From the NCBI GenBank assembly GCA_030248215.1, contig JASANG010003711.1:744001-771627 (forward strand): a DNA stretch of 27,627 bases. The letters are read 5' to 3'. The position numbers were made by a program, and so were the translations under genes. This DNA comes from Enoplolaimus lenunculus. Taxonomy: Eukaryota. How positions within the stretch are numbered: position 1 is the first letter of the stretch; each line of letters starts with the position of its first letter. Of the stretch, positions 1-13,100 are shown piece after piece. The notes beneath the pieces are model-generated. The model made no database searches. It was given only the letters and a program-made list of their open reading frames with translations, and had not been told where the DNA came from.

Positions 1-819
1 CCTCGCATATAGGTCATGACAAATTCTTGCATGCCCCTCTGAGCCGTTTCTAGCCCCCCCTCGTCCTCCGTGGCATGTTGAGCCGGCTGTACACTCGTGT
101 TGAATCAATACATAGGTATCGGTAAAATCAAGGAACCGATATCGGTATATAAAGTACTTTGACATACCGATACTTTTAATTTTAGTGTATTTTTATACAA
201 ATTGACCTGAATTTAAGAAAAGATAAGTGTTTTACAATGGGGCAGTGGAGCACAGAGCGGCGTTGCGACATATAAGCGAATTAATTAAAGACCTGGTTAC
301 ATTTTAGAGCACGAACGTAAATATTTTGCATTACTCACTGTGGTAGGCTGCGGGCGAGTGTGGGGGCAAAAGGCAAGCCCCCCAAATACCAAGAACAAAA
401 AAGATATACGGTGAACTTGAAGGAAAATGCCATTTTTCGTCCTTCAAAATTTGTCTTTCTGCTCTTTGGGACCTCAACTACGTATCAGTTATATACAAAA
501 GTAACAAATAGTTCAGGTGTAGCGTACGCTGCACGAACCTACAATTCATCTGCAAAGCAAAATCTGGTATAAATTTTACTTTGACAAAAAAGTTGGCAAA
601 GGTCAATTGGGGGGACGTGTAGGAGGAAGAAAAGAAATTAGGATGCGAAGGACCCCGCCTCGGCATTTGATAAATTACACACTGACGATATATATTTAAT
701 TTCATATTTACTTCGAACTTTTCCCGTACATGGAATGCGCTATACTTGTCGTGCCGCGTGTCTGTTTATTTCCGGATGTATGTTTTCTCCAATATAAAAA
801 TGAGTTTATGGTGATTATT

Positions 820-989
820 CAGCCCCGTAGCCGGCTCACATTGCTAAGAGATGGGGGTAAAATTTTTCAGGAAGAGCATTCAAAGGTTTTCAATGACTTG
901 CAAGCAAGGTTGAAAAGTTTCTCGGGGGGGGGGGTAAATTCTTCTACGGGGCTCAGCCCTCCTGCCCTCACCCCTTGACTACGGGCCCG
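820..989 (+). mobile_element. hAT-like MITE family B copy
   Basis: TIR CAGCCCCGTAGC / GACTACGGGCCCG; perfect 8-bp TSD TGATTATT (812-819, 990-997). Confidence 0.8.
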
Positions 990-1070
990 TGATTATTCAC
1001 CAAGAAAATTGTTCGCGTTCATCGACTACAAGACAGTGACAAAATACCGTAAAATTTAAGCGCTACTTAC

Positions 1071-1169
1071 TCGTTCTCCTTGTGGGCCAGGCGGTCCCAA
1101 TGGTCCTTCTGGTCCAGGCTCTCCATCTTTTCCATCTTGTCCAGGCAGCCCTGCAGGACCGACCAAACC
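1071..1169 (-). CDS. Collagen helix exon 99 nt GLVGPAGLPGQDGKDGEPGPEGPLGPPGPQGER (last exon visible)
   Basis: tttacag acceptor, gtaagt donor, Gly-X-Y x11. Confidence 0.95.
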
Positions 1170-4100
1170 CTGTAAATACGAAAATGCATATAAAACAAGG
1201 CAGAGTTAAACTACACTGTCTAAATATTAATTTTTATGCTTACATGGGAAATGCTTGAAGTATGAAACAAACCTACTGTTTACACACCAATGGTCAAAGA
1301 AAGAGGTAAATTTTATAACGAAACAATTCGATTTTTCGCAGATTGGTGGTCAATATGTAAACTGTATTGACTCGCACTCAAGGAAGCCGCTAGCACAACC
1401 ATGAGCAACCCGAGTACACCCCGCGCTGGATTAACAGTTTCGTGACCTACTCACAAAGTGCCAATTATAGCATAAAATACTGTTCGGTTTGTATATTTGT
1501 GCGCGGAACTTAATCACAAATCAACCGGACACTTTCGATACCGGATCAAAAAATGACACCGGAAGTTTCCGGTCGAACGTTGGCGACTGGATTCATAAAA
1601 GTTCCATTTGAATAAAATTAAGTAGATTTGTGGCATTTTTGTTGCTGTAAACCAACCTGGAATCCGCGTTGGCCGACAGCTCCTTCAGGCCCGACTTCAC
1701 CAGGAAGGCCCTGTAAACAAAAATGCAAAATAATCAGAGAACAGCGGACAGCGCATGATACAACAGCGAAACTGCTGGCTTTTGAATCCAACTGTCGCTT
1801 TTAAACTGCAGGAATTTCTCGAATCAAGCGATTCATTTTTAGGACACATTTCCATCTCAAAGATCCCAGCAGTGTAAACTTCATCCATCCTTAATGGTAT
1901 GGTATACAGTTACAGCACAATCTTAAGCATAATCCTAAGACTAATCTTAACCCTAAAGTTAGGCCAAAATCTGAACTTGTCGAAAAGCTGTAGGCAATAG
2001 CGGATCCAAGAGGAGCCACCTCAACCAAGGCACCCAACAAGGATCACAACTCCGATTTTGTATGAAAGGTTTAACACTAAAATGGCATCTGGCTGCGGTT
2101 TAAGTGTACATCATCCACTTAATCTAGAAATAACGCAAAGTTCTAATGTAATCATAGAGACATGAAGATTTAAAGGGTAAAACGTACTATCGGACCAACT
2201 TCGCCCGTTGCACCAGGTAATCCATCGTTCCCTGGTGTTCCCTGAAACGTAAAAAATCACAAATATATATTATACATATTTACACCCACGACCCACATCA
2301 ACTGGTATATAATTTTGTTGTCATGTGACTGTGACCAATGCCAATGGCAAAAAAGAACTCAGAATAGCATGTCTGCAATGAGAAATTTCTAAATTTAAAA
2401 CAAGTAGTATCTGAATTAAACTAACCTGTTCTCCCTTAGCGCCGGAAGCTCCGGGAACGCCATCTTTGCCAGCTTTGCCCTAAAAAGTACAAACAATTGC
2501 AAATAGAAAATTAACCAAGATACCATCAGAAAAGCGAATATTTGTTTCAGCTGCTATAATGCAATGGTGTAAGTTCTGCATTTTTTAGCTTTTCATAGGG
2601 TGTACTTTATATGCGGACAACGTTAAATATGCTGTAATAATCTGCTCACTCTAACTTTCTACTTCAAGCGGTTTAAGAAATTGAAAAGTTGATTAGCACA
2701 ACAACTTAGACGCCCCTTGCAGCAGTTTATAACAGGCCCCTGCCAGTCTCTTGAAATAATTAATTGACCAAGTAAATCATCATCGTTAAAACCGTGAGAA
2801 ATTGTCTGGTGTAGCTTTATGCAACTTCCACAATAACATGCGTGCACCAGGTGACTTTTGAGGGGTTAGTGTCATGCACGCTGAAACATTTTTGGCTTCA
2901 GCATCTTTCACACTGAAGCTTTTTGGCTTTAACGTCCAGGATACTGAATCTTTTTTGGCTTCAGTGTCCATGACACTACCCCCTCAGAAGTCACCTGGTG
3001 TACGCATGTTATTGTGGCAGTTGCATTACAAGAACACCAGAACCTAGATTACTAATCCCACAAACCACCGTTAATCAATGCAAAGTCTACTTGTGATTGT
3101 TGTTATGCCCAAGTACCTAATAGCTCATTAGCGAAAAACGTAATGCAATACGGCAGGCAAAATTAACCAACAGTAACCAGAATTTTGTATTCCGGCCGCA
3201 AGATACCAATCACATACCTCGGGTCCTTTTTCACCCGTAGCACCAAAAGGTCCAGGGGGACCAGGTAAGCCCTGAAATGGTAACACGGAACATAAAAGCG
3301 GCTTAGATATGGCATTTTAATTTTGAAACAAATATTTCAACTGGCTACGAATTCATTGTTTCTGTTATAAAAATTGTAAAATTTCAATATCATTTGCGGG
3401 TTACATTTTTGCTCGATCTCAGCAAATTTAATTGCAGATTCGATGATCGCTTAAATTGCTAAAACTAAAAATTATAACAAAACACCACCGTTTCTTCCGT
3501 TGTTTGCTGTATATGTCATCTCTCAAGAATACTACAAAAGCATCAAAAAGTACAAAGGAATTGTAAACATACCGGAACTCCAGGCGCACCAATCAAACCG
3601 TCTTTTCCAGCATCGCCCTGAAAATAAATTACATCTAATATACTTCGTGCAATCGTTGAAACTAATTTTGTGATCAGTTTCAGTTGGTTGAACTTTGGTA
3701 AAAACGTATTTCATTGGCTCGATCTAAAATGATACAGTTATACATAAAAACATAATTCTTTGGGGTGCAGGCATGATTTGATTTCGGGAGGATGCAGCCA
3801 AGTTTCATGCTGTTCCAGCGAGCAGTCAAATATAATTGTAAAGCCTATAAAAAGACAATTTCTTTTCCTTTTCCCGACAACCCTGCTAAGCTTAAACTGT
3901 TATGTGTCGAGAAAGTGACGTCATGCGCCTCTCAGCTGTAGTCAAGAAATTAATGTTGGAAACATAACAGGCAGAACGTAAGAATATTAACCGATTGAAC
4001 AAGAACTCGCAGTTTGTTTGGATAACATCTTGTGTTACCGGGCAAAATGACTTCGAAATGTTTGATAAACTTGGCTTTTGGTTTTTCGCAAATGGTGTTT

Positions 4101-7100
4101 CAAAAATTCGAAATCGCGTATACCTTTTGACCTTGTAATCCCTGTGCTCCATTGGGACCAGGCCTTCCAGTTTGACCCTGTAAACAAATATTTTAGTACC
4201 ATAGCAGAGATTAAACTGGATTGGAAATGGTCCAGTAGTCAAATGAGTTCGGGTAAAAGCACGTTGAACTAATTCACTGCAATAATTGGAATTTATGTTT
4301 GATACAGAGACCAGTTTACTTAGAATGGAAAGCATTGGAATAGGGTGGAAAGTATAGGGATATACTTAGTTTTAAGATTGTGATTAGACTTATTTTTAAG
4401 CTTAGTATGCTTAAATTTTTACCTAGGTTTACGCTTAGGCTTTAGTGGACATGTCTTGATGATTTACATTGTCTTTTTCTTGTATGAAAGGAAACTGCAA
4501 TGCAACAAGAAACATTGATATTGTAGTCGAACGCTACAAAATTTGAACTGATATCAAACCTACTAACCATCAAACCGCGAGGTCCACGACTGCCTTCTCG
4601 ACCAGGGCGCCCCTGCAACAAATCGTTAGTAAATACTGCCGAAACCCAAACAAAGTTTTGCCCGTTTAACTACTGGGCCGCAACTGTTGGGGGCGAGGGG
4701 CATGCCGCCCTTGTACGAAAAATTCTATGCAAGAAAATTTCCTTTGCTTCTGTTTGAAATGTTAAGTGACAAAATCTGGTTGTGCGGTAGTAAAATGTTA
4801 GTTTCCGGCGGAAAACTCAAATGGTGATTTTTTACATCTATTCAAGTCAATTTATATTGATACTTACTTGGACTAATCAATGTGTTAATGTTCTGTTGAA
4901 GTTCAGCTCAAACTTTGAATATTTGTATGCCTAAAACTTCCCGAGTATTAACTGTTTTGACTATTTCTCGTCTAGTTTGTGAACAAAATTACCAAATATC
5001 TTTTTCAGCAAACAGATCGTTCAAACTGAAATATTTTAAAACGGCAAGAAAGGCTGAAATGTTGGAAACTGAAAATACAGTTTGAATTCGTCTCTAGGTT
5101 ATTCTTACCATTTTTCAAACATTACAAACCACTTACCTGGTTGCCTTTCAGTCCTTCCGGTCCTCTGGGTCCTACTTCGCCCGTACCGCCTTTTTCTCCT
5201 TTGTCACCAGATGGACCTGGTAGGCCAGGTATTCCTTGCACACCCTATAAAACGGCATAAAGTATACGGCATTATTTTGTTTCCAGCTTTTCCAGTACTT
5301 CATTGCCAATCGTACTGCACAGTATTTGTCCATTGTTAGATCTACGATCCGAAATAGGCGGGGCTGTGTTTTGCAGTGGCGATAAGCTTAATGCTACAAC
5401 AGGTTCGCTTTCAACGGCTATCAGGTCCTTGTTGTCGGACACAAAAGAAACGCAGCGCACATGCAAATGTGAAGTCGCTTGAAGTCGCTCTGACAAACGA
5501 AGCCGGAGCGTGTATGTACTGTTTCCATGCTACTGAAATCCTGTATCTGAAACTTCTATAGTAATTCCACTTATTTTTGTATATAGTAATTATAGCAGTA
5601 AACAACGACGCAGACGCCGTCAAAACGGTGTTTTAGACACCACTAAGAGCAGCTTTTAAGGGCAATGAACTAAATCAAATGAAAGGTTTACTTTAGGTCC
5701 TTCTTGTCCTGGTTCTCCAATGGGACCTGGTTCTCCGATTGGGCCCTGAAATAACTTTGAAACACAATTAATCGTTTTGTTGTTAACTATGATTGAAATT
5801 TAAAATTTTAAAAATAGAATATTAAACAATAATGTTGAAATTATTTCGCTGACAGCTCTATAAGTTGTCGACGGTAGTATTGCAGCGATCTTGACGATAT
5901 CAAAAATTTCAACTCCAACTTTAACAAATACATTTTTTATTTATTTTAGCTCATTTTGAAAATCAGTTTTGTGTTACTTTTAAACTAATCAAATCTATCA
6001 TGTTCGTTAAGTATTTCTGTATCGACATTCTGCGATAAGTGTAATTGGCGAAAAAGTTATCAAAATGTTTTAACCAAAGGCACAAGGCGACATACTCGAG
6101 AGCCCTCTCGGCCTTCTGGCCCAGGTTCACCAGTGGGTCCACGAGGTCCAGGATCGCCTTGTTGTCCTTGCATACCTTTAGGTCCGACTGGTCCAACTTG
6201 ACCCTATAAAAACAGTAAACATTGGCGATGCTTAACCGCAACGCCGGCAAAATAAATATGTTTGTAAACAAAGCAACGCGGTTTTTAAAACGAAATAATT
6301 TTAAATGAAATCTTTTGTAATATTTTGATTAGCGAAATGCGGAACAGTGGTAGTCGGATGATTCTTAAGCGCAGTTATAAAAACTTCATTTAAAAACAAA
6401 ATAACGATAAATTTGAATAAAATAGCTGTTGTGCCGTTTTATGCATTAGAACAATATTGTCAAATCTTAATTTTCAGTTGTGTAAACATATTCCTAAGCG
6501 CTAAACCTATGTCTCAGCGTAAGGAAAAGCAATTTAACTACGCCTAAGACATAGTTTAAGCCTAAATCCCATGGATCGAACAATTTATCTCGTGGTTTTC
6601 ACAAAATGGTTGTAGCGTTTGACCAAGTTCATTCCTTTTGAGTTAAAGTTGACGCATGACAACCCGGTAGAGAGAGACCGACCGAAGGTTTAGCTATTTT
6701 ATGTTGATTTTACTCACCTCATCACCTTTAATGCCTTTTGGACCTGACACACCTGTTCGGCCAATTTCGCCTTTCGATCCAGGCAGTCCAGGCGCCCCAT
6801 AGTCTCCTTTTCGTCCCTAAAACACTCAGTGTATTCAACTTGTACATTACATTCACATTAGTACTATCAACAGTCGATGATCACTCTTACAAGAATGTGC
6901 AACTTAGTGAAAATTGTGTCGTACAGAATGTACCATCGGGCGTTGCGGTTTTGGCCGGCTCACACAACACTTTGAATTCTTTATAAAAGTATGAGAGGAC
7001 AGTGTTTACAATTAGATAGTTCAACGTGTGAAATAGAAAAAATCGGCAAACATGACCCTTCTAAATAACGGGGTAGGACAAAAAACGCACCGTACGCTGG

Positions 7101-10100
7101 GTACATTCTTTTGTACACAGACTGTATCCAGTTGTACACTCGTTTTTAAAGTGGTCATCAAAACTTTCCCGTTCATTGCAATATAAACTTGGTAACTCAT
7201 GAATTTTCAAACCTTATAAGGTGTCAATGTTCTCGGTATAATTTGGTGACAGTTTCAACAAGATTCACTTTTAATTCCAGCCTTGATTTTGAAATTTAAA
7301 TAATTGTAAAAATTAGATAAATTAATAGCTTACCTCTATACCTTTTTCACCGCGTCTTCCCATAGGTCCAGTTGAACCCTAAAATTAATTAAAACAGTTT
7401 TATGCAACTTTGGACCCGCAATCGCAGACAATCATATACAAAAGCGTCGGTAACCTTGATGATTACTTGTTTCCAATGCTTTTCATTCCAAAACCGCTAA
7501 TTCACCTATGGCGTAGTTCAGAGACAGTCTCAGGCATTTGAGCCAACAAACTGTTGCAAAATTTTTCGGGATATTTAAAGTTTATCAACATACCTTTTCG
7601 CCATCAATCCCAGGCAAGCCAGGTTTTCCAGGCAAACCGATTGGTCCAGTGAGTCCAATTTCACCTTTGGGACCAACACCACCTTTGTCTCCCTAAAACA
7701 ATAAAACTTATATAAAATTCTGCAACGTGTGCAAGATTTAGGCTCGCTGAAAACGAGCTTAGTTGTATTAATAAAATTGAGACAGCTCCAATGATAATGA
7801 TAAGCATACAGATCTACCTAAAAATGTCCAAAACTTTCGCCATATGCTTTTATGTTAGCTACCCGGCCCTATAAGTATAAATATGCTAAGATTATTAAGT
7901 AAATTTGGAGTTCAAAATTAACTTTTACTTCAATCGCGCCCTTGTAAGTGTTAACTACTCCGTATGTATTAATAAGCTAAGTTTAACAAATTTAATACCG
8001 TGAATTAATGCGTTGTTTACCTTAAGACCTTCTGTTCCTGGAAATCCTGTTGCTCCAGGTGGACCTGGATCGCCCTATAATAAACTGGTTTGCACATACA
8101 ATAAGTCAAATCGTTCTTAGTATAGTTCAATTAAATGAAAAGTAGATAAGTAGCCAGACAAGGGCCAAACACTCAGGCCGAGTGAAAAAATGTTGTCCCA
8201 CTAGAAAACTTGTAGCTTGTTTATGAGGCTAGCGCAATCACCAGCACCGAATTCACCAGCTTGCATTTCCTAAAATTACTTTCGCTATCCTTCAGTATTT
8301 TGTTACGGGCTTGATAAAAAAACTGATACTTTTGGGCTAAAAATAAATCAGTGGCAAAACGCCGAACCCATAGCCGTGGGGGGCGCTAGTGGCGGCTCAG
8401 CCCACCCCTCTGAAAAATTTTAGCCCCTCTTAGGAAATTTTATCCTTGCTTTTAAGTCAACGAAAACCCTTGTATGTACCCCTCTTCACAGATCTTTAGC
8501 GCCCATAGCAAGGTGAGCTAGCTACGGGCTTCTAACAGGCATATAAACGGTATTAACGAACAGTATCTTCCAAAACAGACTCGGTAAGTTAAATCCCTTA
8601 CGAAAACGACACAAAACTTACTGAAAGAATTACACTTCATTGTTCTAAAATTCACACAAATACATATTATGCTTCTTCTACGATGCTTCGACAGAAAGTA
8701 AAACGTTTAGATTGCTATAAAAATACAAGGCAAAAGCTGAAAAGCTAAAAATACGCATACCGGTGCTCCTACTGGGCCTTGAATACCATCAGCACCACGT
8801 GGTCCCTGAAAAATGAAATTTGAACTAGAATCGTTACAAATTGGACGCAGCTATCACGGGATTATTATTTACAACACAAATCAACCACTATACAACAAAA
8901 TGGATTGACAATAAAATCCGACGGTTTTGCAAGTAATCTTATTTAGTTTATTTATATCGTTTCGGAGCTATAGAAAATACTAGTCAAAACCGTTGAAATA
9001 ACTGCAACGTTAACTCGTTTATTTTAGAACATAACTCTTTGTATTACATTTGTTTATTGTTTATTTACAGTGTGATATGAATTATAAAGTTTGTTGGAGC
9101 TAACGGCCGAGCTTAGCGCCGGCCAACCCCTCCGGTGGATGCTCGGTGTTGGAAAACAAAATCAATTAAAAAAAGACTATACTGCATTCAAAAGTGCACT
9201 CTTGCGATACGTTTGAATACAAAAAATGCGTCTGGCTTCATACTCGCTTCGCTAACGATTCGCTAGATTTTGTTTTCCAAGTCTACCACTTTTACACGCA
9301 CGAAACTCGGGTTTGCACTAGGGTTCCAATAATAAAATGAACAAGGATGTCAAGGTTATCTCTCGCTTCGCTCGCAAAAATTCGTTCAAGTTCAGTTTGA
9401 GCTCTCGTCGCGGCGAGTAGCTGTGGTCCACTCGCTCAATTCGCAAAAACGAGACACCCTTTAAAGAGAACTCAATCGATTGGCCGGAGGCTAGAAACTA
9501 ACCCGGACGGTCAACCAACCTTAGATCCTCCGAGCAGAAAACTCTTGATTCGCAACTGCTAAAGGGTCAGATTCCCCCGGGCAACTCAGGGCATGGTGTT
9601 GATGAAACTATTGTAAAATTACAAATGTTTGACGTTCTAGCTAATATAGATGCAAATCAGTGTTAACGAAAACAGTCATATTTTGGGCAAACGGTTCACC
9701 GATCCATGTTAGCTAAAGTTAGGCTAAAAGAAATCTTTTTAGGGCTTTAACTTACCGGTGGTCCCTGTTGGCCAGTCTTTCCAACTTCTCCTGTTAAACC
9801 ACGAACTCCCATAGGTCCAGGATCGCCCATTGGTCCCGTGTCACCTTTTTCACCCTGAAAAAATCGTTTCACAGTACTCTTGCCTACACATCACTGAATG
9901 CTTTCAAGATTCACAAAAATCCTTCCAATCGGAGGGTTGCATATTGCGTTCACCAACGTTCACTCTGGCTCTTGTTCATTTCCCCCACATTTATGATTAA
10001 AGCTTAGGCTTTAAGCTTAAGAGAAAGCTTAGGCAAGGGTTTAAGTATTAAAAGATCAAGTTTAGGTATAGGTAAGCCGCCTTCTTGTACATTTAGGTGT

Positions 10101-13100
10101 AAATGTAGGGAAACTGTAGAATAATATTTTACTCTCAGACACTGTGAATACAGTTTAACGAAATGCAAATATTGCCAAAGCATATTATGCTTAATACATA
10201 CACCTCGTGCGGCGGTTAATATATGAACGTGAAGTAACAGAAGCCATTGAGATGAACCGCTAGAAGCTTTGTTGCGAAATTGAAAAAAACCCGTTCCTGG
10301 TTGAAGTTGAATGAAAATTTTCAAATATGATTACCTAATTATTAACTTAGTGACGTTTAGGTTTGAAAAATTTCTGGTAAAAATTCTAAAACCAGAGCGC
10401 AAAACCCGATTCTTGATATTGTAATCGCCAAAGTGAAACAAAAACAGACCTACCGTTAATCCTGGTGGTCCGATATTGCCTTTAATTCCATCTAAACCGG
10501 AAGGTCCCTAAATAAAGCAAAACAATACAATACGGTCAAATGTCGGGGCTATTATTTTAAGGCTGACTTTGTATAGAACATGGCTGTAATGAATTCTAAA
10601 GTCGCAGGAGTAAACCTGAAGAGTAAATATAGAATTTAACACCTGCAGACAATTGTAAAATTTTTCAGCTGTCTTTCAACCAACCAAAGTTTGAACCAAC
10701 ATTTGGCTAAAAATTGGACGAATTATCTTTAATTTGTTTTCGACTGAAAGTTTTAGATAAAATTAATTTATTGTAATTGCAGTATGGTTTAAGACAAAGT
10801 TTGAACGGCAAAAATAGGCAAATATATTTTGTGATGCCATACTATGCGCTCATTTAGTAAAGTACTTTGTTCAACGAAACCGAATCTTCACGTTGAAAAC
10901 GTGAGTTGTCAGATTTGAATCTATTAACACATAGCATTACAGCAGCGAGTGTTTAAGACGCACATAAGTCATGCAACACCAATGTGAATTTGCGCTAATT
11001 TATATAAACACAAACCACAAAGCGTCAAACCTGATCGCCTTTTTCGCCAGCTTGGCCCGGTATTCCTGGTGGTCCTGGGGCACCCTGAAATGAACAATGG
11101 TACTGATATTAGAAATGATTATCAATAGTCCTTTAAGCAATTTTGCGAATGGTACAAAAGAGTTGTGTTGAAATAAGACGCGTTCCGTCGATCAAATTGT
11201 GGGTCCATGTTAATACTTCAATGGGTGGACCATTGTTGCAGGACTATAATAAAGTACGCTTAGGGTTTAGACCAATTCTTGTTTAGTGTTAGGCTCAAGC
11301 TTAGGAATATGCGTATTCTACTTTTACGCACCTCAAAGTAACATTGGTCAAATTGTGTAAAGCTAAAGTATTATTAAAAAGTGTAAAAATACAAACGAAA
11401 GAATAATTGGACGTCGTACATGATATTGAAGTACATTTTTAGGTTGAGGTATTTCATAGTACAAGTAGGAAGGTTACCATTTTGGATAAAACTAATATCA
11501 TTTAGTTCGCTGCTGATAACAGTTTGCTATAAAATTCTTGTACAACTGCGCAAAAATCTTTTAAGTACAGCGACGACTAGAAATATATTTTTAAAGTTTA
11601 AAAACACTTTCTGTCTTAAAATAAATGGCCAATGTAAAGAGCACGAGCGGAACAGTATTATAACCATATTCCTAAGCCTAAGTCTACGCCTACGCGTAAG
11701 AATGAGCATATTCCTAAGCCTATGCCTAAACCTAAGCCAAGCAACAAATTAGTCTAAAGCTTAAGCTTACTCTTTTCTAATCCCCCAGAAAACCATTCCG
11801 CCCCTGAAGTTTATTACATGGGCCAAATAAATTATAAATTATATTGCCAATTTCCTTACATGAAGCTTTTTCACGACAGTGTTTCGAGTATTTAACAAAA
11901 AATTTCACATTTTTCCATCATTGTACTACATTTTTCGATATTAAGTTTAAAAATTTTGTAACAGACCAGCGTCACAATTTGGAATTGTTATAGTTAAAGG
12001 AGGAGGGAAGAAGATTTTTAAAGTAGGCATGAATCCAGGGTGACATTGATATCTTTCAACGTTGTAGAAAAAGTATCGGGCTAGAATATTTGAGAGAGGT
12101 CTGTCCGGAACGGCAGCGTTCCCCACCATTGTCGCCCTGCGCAGTTGCGGTTTCGCAACGAACGTTTTTTGGTTCAACAGAACAGCCATGATTGTTAAAA
12201 TTGGAATTAAAATGTCCAAAAATCCTAGCTCAACGGTTTCAAAACGTCCGTCCCAGTCTCGTGCGGCAGTGATTTGCAGTCATTGAAACTTACCGGTGCT
12301 CCTGGTTTACCGCGAGTTCCAGGCATTCCATCCGTTCCTCTTGCACCCTGAAGATAATAACCGCTAGAAAATATCAGCAGTTACCATTTCAACTGATAGG
12401 TTATCATTTTGACAACCCTACTGCCACATTTAGCAACAGTTTAAGTGTATCATTGTTTAGACGGCTTATTTCTGCGGCGAAGGGGGTCACCGCTTTTGTT
12501 GATGCCAAGTAGTCTTACCTAGGTTTCATAATGTGCAATGCATAGTTTAAAACGCAATAGTTCTATACTCGTCAGACGGCAGAATATTATTTATCAACAG
12601 TAGTAAATTAAGAAACACTTTCATTCATGACCATGCTTAGCGTCCCCCGGATTCGTTTTCTAGGGAGCTCGACTTAGAAACAGCCCTCTATTGGTAGACA
12701 AAATCATATTTAAACGTTCCCTTTGGATCCAAAACTAAAGTCTTTTGTCGAGTTTGAGAACAAAAACAGACACTTATTTACGTTATGGAAACATAAAACT
12801 CCCATCCCTACAACGATCCTAAGCTTAAAACATAAAACCTATGTCTGATAAGCCTAAACACAAGCCTAAGCCTAAACGTACGACTGACCCTAAGCCTAAG
12901 CATGTACCTTAAACTAAGATTGAGTTTATGTCTAAGCTTGTGATAATGTAAAAACGTTAGCACTGTGGCGGTGGGATTTTGGCCTTAAATTAAGAGTCGT
13001 GTAAAGAAAGGTAAGTAAATAGTATCCAAAATAAGCGTCTCGCCCCTCGGTAGTTTCGGCTTGGACCAGGTACACATCAGTCAAAGTACAATACGAACCT

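Noticed and set aside
3892..4335. 147-aa ORF and the other 60-110-aa ORFs across 0.3-21 kb
   Set aside because: They lie in introns or MITEs or overlap collagen exons in the wrong frame; no recognisable domains.
10000..10100. True interstitial telomere
   Set aside because: The hexamers are highly degenerate CTTAGG-like rather than clean TTAGGG runs, and are embedded in MITE-like inverted repeats.
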